This document shows positions 56,117 to 64,000 of a DNA stretch of 64,000 nt, piece by piece (positions within the stretch are counted from its first letter, which is position 1; each line of letters starts with the position of its first letter). Both the position numbers and the translations under genes were made by a program. The notes below the pieces were generated by a model. That model was not told the DNA's origin. It made no database searches and saw only the letters and a list, made by a program, of their open reading frames with translations. Source of the DNA: Octopus vulgaris (Eukaryota); contig OX597815.1 in NCBI GenBank assembly GCA_951406725.2, positions 140,182,001 to 140,246,000 on the forward strand, given 5' to 3'.

Positions 56117-56976
56117 GAGTGTCTTGGGTCAATTGTTCTCATTTTATATTTTCAATTTTGCGCATGTGCTTTGTTTTTTGATTTTGTTGACTACACAGTA
56201 TAGTAGGGTCAGTTGAGCACCGCCTGCGAGAAAAACACCAGCATGACACAATTCTCTCGACATGCTGTACTACATGGCATTCGCACCGGAAGCTCCTATA
56301 CGAACATTTCATAGTGTTTGGGTGTCAATCTGAGGACATATAAGGACATATACCAAGAGAAATAAAAATCAAACATTCAGTCAACATGATGGTGTTTAGA
56401 GTGATCACTAGTGATGGCGACGTTATGCCTTCATTCATCTTCCCACACGGCCTCAGACTCAACACGAGGGTGCCTGGAGGAGGTAGTACTGCTCTGTGTC
56501 AAGAGGGTGACTGCTAGAAGACCCTATGTCTGGCAACAGGATTCTGCACTGCGCCACATAAGCAGGAGAACCAAGACATGGCTGTGAAACAATTTCTGCG
56601 ACCACATCTCTCCTAACATCTGGCTACCTTACTCTCCAGACAGCTAACTCCTTGATTATTATGTGTAGACCAATTAAACTCCTTGTATGAGACCAATTAA
56701 ACTCCTTGTCACACCAAAGATCAACTGAAGGCAAGGATTACGGCAGCATTCACCAATTTAAACAAGGAGAACGACCAGAAAAGTTGCAGGAGATTCCGAA
56801 GTCGTCTGGCTGCCGTGGTTGAAGCCAATGGCGATTTTATTGAATAAATTTACTGATTAGTATTTCAAGATATTTGTATGTAATTTTGGTAAATATATCT
56901 GTTAAAATGAGATGTCCGTGTTATTTTCATTTTTGCGTAATTTAGACGACAATTTATTTATTCATCGTACACAGTA
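56115..56976 (+). mobile_element. Tc1/mariner-superfamily DNA transposon remnant
   Basis: MMVF.VITSDGDVMP, YVWQQDSA, WLPYSPD..LDYYV transposase motifs; degraded TIRs. Confidence 0.75.
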
Positions 56977-57049
56977 TGATATATAATTGTCACTAGTTTT
57001 ATATTACGTGTAGCTACCTTCATTATTTTCTTTATTCTTTTATTCTTTT

Positions 57050-57275
57050 ATACGTTCCTGGTGCTGAAATGTTCCTGGCTTTGGGTGAAAGAAAATACAG
57101 GCGGATCAGTTAATTCATTCAACGTATTCTCCTCTCAGATTTGACACACTTATTGCAACGGTCCTTCAGTTTTCGTAAGCCCTGTAAAGGTTGAGCTTCC
57201 AACCAGTCTCTACGTTCTGAACATGAAAACAAAGACTATATATATCAAGTTCCTGGCTTAAAGGGTATCGCGAAA
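57050..57275 (+). mobile_element. Mariner-like TIR/MITE remnants
   Basis: gctgaaatgttcctggcttt and aagttcctggctt resemble mariner terminal sequence. Confidence 0.4.
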
Positions 57276-57660
57276 GGATTGGTTGGATTAATGTAATTCT
57301 CAGGCCCAAGCGGTGAGACACAATGCACAAAGCCGACCATTTGACTTACTACCATAGTCCATTGCTCCAGCTTCTATGTAATTTCCGTTACTCGATTTTA
57401 CTCACACAGATTCGATCGATCTCATCTAAAAGATACTAGCCAAGATGTTTCAACGCTACCACTAACGGTGGCATCGAATCTGTCCCTGCGTCTGCAGACA
57501 ATCTGCGGCAAACAGGATGTCTCCACAGGCGGGATTGTTGGGGACCGCTTGTGAAATCCACATATTCCCACGAAAATTCTTCCATGAGTAGAAGAAGCCG
57601 ACTCAACCTGCTCAGGGTGAATGTCGCCACAAGTACATGTAAGTAAGTAGATTAGCCTAA

Positions 57661-57885
57661 TACAGTAATCCCTCGCCATATCGTGGTTTACCCATCGCAG
57701 TTTATTATTTAAGATTACGTTGGTTCCTCTGCGGTGTTGCTTTGCATTTATAACAATATATATATATATATACAAATTATAAAGATAATAAAAACATACA
57801 ATACAGTACTGTTTCTACTTTGCGGATTTTTACCTAACGCGGGTTTTTTTTTTGAACGTAGCACTCACGATAGTAGAGTGTCTGG
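57661..57885 (+). mobile_element. Pogo/Tigger-like MITE remnant
   Basis: TA|CAGTAATCCCTCG terminus; opposite end degenerate. Confidence 0.4.
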
Positions 57886-59717
57886 AATGATTGATAAGAT
57901 AGAAACGATTAAGAAGAATGGCGTGATATTGGTGTTCATCTTTCAGGAAGGGAGATAAATGTTATTGACAAACTTATATGAATTTATTTCAAATCCATAA
58001 GGTTCATTTGTAAGTAGTTCAACTAAAATTGTTTGTATTTAATACTTTCATTTTCCTCTTTTACATACAGAGAAAATAGACTTCGGCATTTCTTGCTGTG
58101 TTATAAAACTACAATAATTTCACAAATTGTAGGTTAAATGCCGGTTAAATACAGAATTCAAACATGGAAAATTCAAGTCATTAATTTGCAACTGTTTAGA
58201 TGAATGTATTTGTGAAAATTTTCATCTATAAGTCAGATAATTTATGTTGTAAAAATATTATGGACAGCATTCATAAATGTTTTCGTGTTTCCGTGTCAAT
58301 GGGATAATTTATGCTGTCAAGTTTCATGCGTGCAAACAGATAACTGGCTATCTTACAAAGAAAAAAAATCGGTTAAATGTACAGATATTTATTGGCAGAA
58401 ATTCGTTTTCCAACTACGTCAAAGTAAAAGTTAGCTTGCTCTAAAGAAAGTGCACAGCGAGCACAATAACAACCGATGCATGATTGCTGTCAGAATTTAA
58501 AATCCGGTGCAGTAAATAGATGTGTTTATGTCGAACGAATGACGCCACACGAAAAAAGATTGAGGTGAATAAATTTTCAAGTAAATTTACAGGTAGATTA
58601 GGCTTCCCAAGTTCCTAGTCTCTGATTGGTTAAACCAGAACGTGTTATGAGATCGAATTAAAATGGCAGCAGTCGAAATGGCGTCGCTACAAATATACAT
58701 ACCACTAATATGAATCTCAACGACGTCGCTTCACAGTTAGAAAAAGACATAAAATCGAGAGTAAACATATCGGGTAAAACAGTCCAAAATAAACTATGAA
58801 TGAAGTAAAGACGAAATGGTCATCGCCAGAATTTCTTTTCTCACATAGTTCACCTGCTAACTTACAAAAGATATAAAGATACAAAGACTTGACTACTGGT
58901 GATAAGATTTTAGCTTGAAAGGCGATTATAAATGTACACGCGCGCGCGAACACATACACATACAGAGTCCAGATATTGGAACAAAAATTTATTATGGTAA
59001 TAAAGCAATACGCATAGTAGTAAGTTTTATAAAGATCACTCGAAATGACTGTAAAATGGAGCTACTATATTAGGTAAATAAAATTTAATGTTTTGTCACT
59101 AAGGTAAAGATTACAAAACAGCGGTGAATGAACTTCGAATTCGTAAATGAAGTCTCTGTTATGTGTAGCAAAATTAGACTGAGGAACTAAAGTAAGTCTG
59201 TTGCCAGAATCAGAAGTGAAAAATAAGCAGCAGAAACGAAAGAATGTTGTGCCAACTGTGAACGACAACATTGCATCAATAAATATATCAGCAATTGTTT
59301 GGTAATCTTCCAATGTGCTACAGCACTGCCAAAACAGTCAATAAATCAAACAGTTGATATGGAAATATTGTTGTAGTGGAAGAAATTATAGACCAAACTA
59401 GAAGTCACGTGATTAATGTCAGTATTGGAAATGATTTATGTGATACACACTGCATTGGTGGTACCATACAATGTGATGGGGAATTGTGACACAACGCCAT
59501 GATACAGTAATATGATACGTCCCTGTAGGACAGCCCTACATCATGGTATTGTGACGCAGTTATATTGTCGTGTCACTGTTACCGTTGACTCTACGACACA
59601 GCACCGTGACAAAAGCAATTCGATACAACGCTGCGCCACCACAATGTTACCTTATAATGTTGCATTGCGCCTCTTCTCCCTGACATTGCACCTTGATACA
59701 TATTAGTATACATAACC

Positions 59718-59825
<108 letters not shown>

Positions 59826-59982
59826 GTGTGTGTGTGTGTATGTATGTTGTATGTTCGTGTATATATATATGATTAGTATAGTTTGCATAAAGCACTGTCT
59901 GATATAGACAACTGTTTTTAATTATTTTAAAATTAACATTATGCAAGTTATTCACACACGACATTTGTCGTGTGTGAATAGA

Positions 59983-60121
59983 TAATTGAAAAAAAAATTG
60001 GAGTCAACAAGGAGGAATATGGTTGGACATTTATTTTCAGTCACAACTTGAATAGAAACAATTGTAGTGATTGAAAATAAATGGCCAACTGTACTCCTTC
60101 TTGTTGTCTCCAAATGTTTTC

Positions 60122-60127
<6 letters not shown>
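59983..60127. repeat. ~145-bp imperfect hairpin (MITE-like), preceded by a perfect 15-bp-arm palindrome at 59949-59980
   Basis: tggagtcaacaaggagga...ttttcagtcac pairs with gtgattgaaaa...tccttcttgttgtctcca. Confidence 0.8.
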
Positions 60128-60158
<31 letters not shown>

Positions 60159-60161
<3 letters not shown>

Positions 60162-63100
60162 ATATATATAAACGGCAGTTTGTCTGTGCGTGCTTCTGTG
60201 TGTCTGTTTTCTCGTACCCTCACCCTGACCACGGCTTTCAACCGATTCTGATGAAACTTGACACACACATAGCCCAATGTCATAATTCAAAACTAACGCA
60301 GCGAAAATTTTGAAAAGTTCCCCCAGTTCTGAAAAAAATTGATAAATTCGACATGGGGTCGACAATCATAAACATGAACCACAGACTGTCTAGGGGACGC
60401 AACTCGAGAATCTAAGCTTTTTTTATGCAACGCATTATCTATGGTAGTTTTCACAACTTGCAATCGATTTTCACCAAACTCATGGTGAAGCTTAATGTTA
60501 CCCTAAGAAACTCAATTCTGACGTTAGTTTTCCATGCAATACCTTACCATCAGAAACAATCGATAAAATCATGCCATTTTGGGAAATCGCGTTCAAATTC
60601 AACATGACATATTTTCGACAATATCTTTCACAAATTGGCAGGAATCTTTTTTTTTTCACAACGAGCATCATGTCTGCTCCAAGGAGCTATATAGCCCTTT
60701 TTATTCCAATATGATACATTATTGGAAAAAATCGGTTAATTTAATCATATGTGGCACACATAGCAAACAAATTTGTGTATTAAACACAAACCAGACTGTC
60801 TAGGGGACGCAACTTGACCTTTTTAGCTATCGATAATTCGATCCAACCAATTCCTACCAGGAAGAAATTACGTTCGAGACTTTACCCCCAACACCGCCAC
60901 TTCTGCTAATAGCTGCTGCAGCCGCAAGTTATTCGAATACTTTTTTTGTTTAAACTTTCTTTATAACTACCACCCCAAACGTTTTACCTTCAATTTTTTA
61001 CGTACCCTAACGGTCCTTGGACGCTACTTGCAAACTCTTGGTTTATTATAAACCACTTTTGTCGTGTGCATCAAAAAACTTTTCCTTTCGTTTGTTCAGT
61101 TTGATCACTTTTGACTTTTTCGTTGTTGTCACTCACATTGCTGCCAGCTTTTTGGCCATTTTTGTACATTTTTATACATTTTCGGATACTTACCCCACGT
61201 GTTCCTTTTTATTACACCTTTACCAAACACATTGCTATCCACCAAAATACTTACCCCACGTGTTCCTTTTTATTACACCTTTGCCAAACACATTGCTATC
61301 CACCAAAATGCCACCCAAGAAGAGAAGGACCCTCCTCAGCCCTCGGACGGCCTAGGCATCGGCTGCTAGAGCTAGAAGGGCACGCGAGACCCACGAGGAA
61401 ACCGCCTTGCGCCTCTCGCAAACAGCTTCCCGTTATGCCGCTGCTCAGGCATCTGAAACTATTAGCGACCGTTCTACCCGACTTGCAAGGGTCGCAGGTT
61501 GACGAAAGAGCAACAGTCCAGCCAAAATATGCGGGCTTCTTACTGTGCTTCCATCCGCAGAGCTCGCGAGAACCCCGAACAAAGGGCCATTCGGAATGTG
61601 GCTAACGCCACTAGCACCGCCAGGACACGATCTGTCGAAACCTCACAGCAGAGGAGAACTCGCCAAGATGCTGACGCCGCAAACAATGCCATGGCCAAAG
61701 CTGCCGAAACACCTCAACAGAGGAGAACTCGCCAAGCTGCTAACGCCGCAAACACAGCCAGGGCTCGATCTGCCGAAACTCCACACCAACGGACTATTCG
61801 GACATCCAGACATGCCATTAACACTGCTTCTGCTAGGGCTTCAGAGGGTGCTGAGGCGAGAGCTGAAAGGCTTTCAAGGGATGCCACTGCTGCCGCTGTC
61901 GCACGTGCATCTGAATCTGCTGAGGCACGGTGCACTCGACTTGAGAGTATCAACAAACGTCGGGATATCATTCGTGGTGTACGTACCCCTGCCCCCGCTT
62001 TCTGGTTGTCACTAGCATTCAACTACGACGCCACAATTAACTTCTCCTTGCGTGACGACATCAAGATAGGGTCAATGACAATTGTATGCCAGTTTTGCAA
62101 AGCCAAGAAATGGCCCGGAGAGCCACCTGGTTTGTGCTGCTCTGGTGGCAAAGTGGACCTGCCACCCCTACGGGAACCACCTCAACCACTGAAGGATCTC
62201 GCGGCGGGTTTAACCCCCGATTCGTCACAATTCCTTGAAATAATTCGAAAGTACAACTGCTCATTCCAAATGACCTCTTTCGGGGCCAAAATTCCTCCCA
62301 GAGAAGGCTGGATGCCTACTTTCAAAGTGCAGGGACAGGTCTACCATCTTATTGGGTCACTTCTGCCAGACGAGATTCAGCAGTCTTCTTTCCTCCAAAT
62401 ATACTTCATTACCGACTACAACCACCAGGTTGATGCACGCCTTGGAATAATACCGGGTACAAGCTATGTTCCCCGCAAAGACATTCTTCTCCATCTCCAA
62501 ACCATGCTTCATGATATCAACAGCTATGTCTGCAGCTTCAGATATGCCTTGGACAGTGCTCCATCTCCAAACTTCACCGTTGTCATTGATGCTGATAAAC
62601 GACCCCACGGGGAGCACGAACGCCGTTTCAACGCACCTGCGTGCAACGAAATTGCCGCAGTCATACACGGAGAGCAACACAACAGCCGTGACATAATCAT
62701 CTCCTCCCGTGGTAACAACCTACACAGGATCAGCGAGACTCACAGATCTTATGACGCGCTTCAGTATCCATTGCTTTTCCCTTATGGGGAAGACGGCTAC
62801 CATTTCGGAATTCCTTTACGGCAGCCCTCCAATCAAACTACTGCGGCATCAAAGACGGTTTCCTGCAGGGCGTTCTACTCATACCGGTTCATGGTCAGGG
62901 AGGGTGAGTTCAACTTATTACCCCGTTGTCGTCAGCTATTCAACCAGTTCGCCGTCGACATGGCCGCAAAAATGGAATCGGAAAGGCTGCTATACATTAA
63001 ACTTAATCAGACCAAACTTCGCTCCGACTCCTACATTCATATCCGTGACGGTTTGCAACAAGAAAATGACCCTCGCAACATCGGCAAGCCATGCATTCTA

Positions 63101-64000
63101 CCCTCCACCTTCACGGGAGGACCGCGATATATGCGTGAAAGGACCCAAGACGCCTTGACCTACGTGCGCATTTACGGCCGGCCGGACCTCTTTATCACCT
63201 ACACGTGCAATCCCAGCTGCGACGAAATCACTCGCGAACTCCTCCCGGGTCAATCTCACACCCATCGACACGACATCGTTGCTAGGGTTTTCCGTCTGAA
63301 TTTGGGCAAAATGAAGGATTTGATAGTTAAGGGTCAGATTTTAGGGCATGTCAGGTGCCACATGTTTTCGGTCGAGTGGCAAAAGAGGGGCTTGCCACAT
63401 GCTCACATCTTAATTTGGCTCACTCATAAAATCGAGACTAATGACATTGACAAATTCATTTCCACCGAGATTCCTGACCCCGATGAGGACCCCGGACTCT
63501 ACGAAATTGTCCGCACTACCATGGTACACGGGCCCTGTGGACCAAATTACGCCAACACACCATGCTACAAAAACGGATTAGCCTGCTCAAAGGGATTCCC
63601 TAAACGGTTCACTTTGGAGACTCAAACAGGCGGCGATGGGTATCCGCTGTACAAACGAAGGAGTCCAGCCAATGGAGGCCGCACGATTACGGTTGGGCGA
63701 CATCAAGTGGACAACAGCTACATTGTCCTCTACTGTCCTCTCCTGTCGAAGATATTCAAAGCCCACGTCAACGTTGAGTTCTGCAGCTCCATCAGGTCAA
63801 TACAATATGTCTGCAAATATATCAACAAAGGCAGCGATGCTGCCATGTTCAGCATCCAGAGGACCACCAGTCGCGACGAAGTGTCCAACTACTTGGCTGG
63901 CCGGTACCTCAGCAGCAACGAAGCGTTTTGGCGCATTTACGGCTTCCCGCTCCATCAGAGACACCCGGCTGTGGTGCAGCTTGCTGTACACTTGGAAAAT
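60159..64000 (+). mobile_element. Autonomous-type Helitron, 5' portion (continues past the window end)
   Basis: A|TCTATATATATAAACGGCAG 5' end; 60-bp tandem duplication in the 5' UTR (61189-61307); RepHel ORF follows. Confidence 0.93.
61308..64000 (+). CDS. Helitron RepHel protein N-terminal part: STPR repeats, Cys zinc finger, HUH Rep domain (early stop and frameshift near 61353 and 61500)
   Basis: MPPKKRR; 23-aa repeats (ETPQQRRTR); CQFCKAKKW..EPPGLCC..GKV; FKVQGQVYH; PSTFTGGPRYM; PDLFITYTCNP; VEWQKRGLPHAHIL; KYINKG. The frame from ~61500 appears open to the window end. Confidence 0.9.

Noticed and set aside
51181-59300. Plus-strand exon candidates after strong acceptors (51181, ~59208; also ~39932)
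   Set aside because: Short, weak donors and no recognisable protein; cannot be supported without transcript data
61545-62015. Listed 156-aa ORF and neighbouring ORFs as separate genes
   Set aside because: They are alternative frames of the Helitron RepHel coding region

Overview
This is AT-rich, microsatellite-dense animal genomic DNA. The SINE families and repeat landscape suggest an octopus or other coleoid cephalopod (inference). The window is almost entirely intronic or intergenic and transposon-derived, and no host gene can be confidently built (one plausible minus-strand exon at 4152-4265). Most listed ORFs are artefacts of (AT)n/(AC)n/(AAT)n repeats. Recognisable elements are a nearly full CR1-group LINE (33.8-36.6 kb), two large Penelope-like elements (PLEs; 19.5-22 kb + and 42.5-45.2 kb -) plus a third PLE GIY-YIG remnant, the 5' part of an autonomous Helitron with STPR repeats and a HUH Rep domain (60.2 kb to end), several non-autonomous Helitrons, RTE, R4/Dong-like, L1/Tx1 and Tc1/mariner remnants, and many tRNA-derived SINEs. 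The most notable signal is a set of minimal type I hammerhead ribozymes with palindromic stem III, read by eye, in short non-coding elements. Several sit in inverted-repeat architectures, one lies downstream of a tRNA-type Pol III head, and two carry a compensatory U3:A8 core. Together they look like a PLE-dependent retrozyme/ribozyme-SINE system. A SINE-LINE shared 3' tail with a covarying hairpin is also visible. All coordinates were counted manually and may be off by a few bases.
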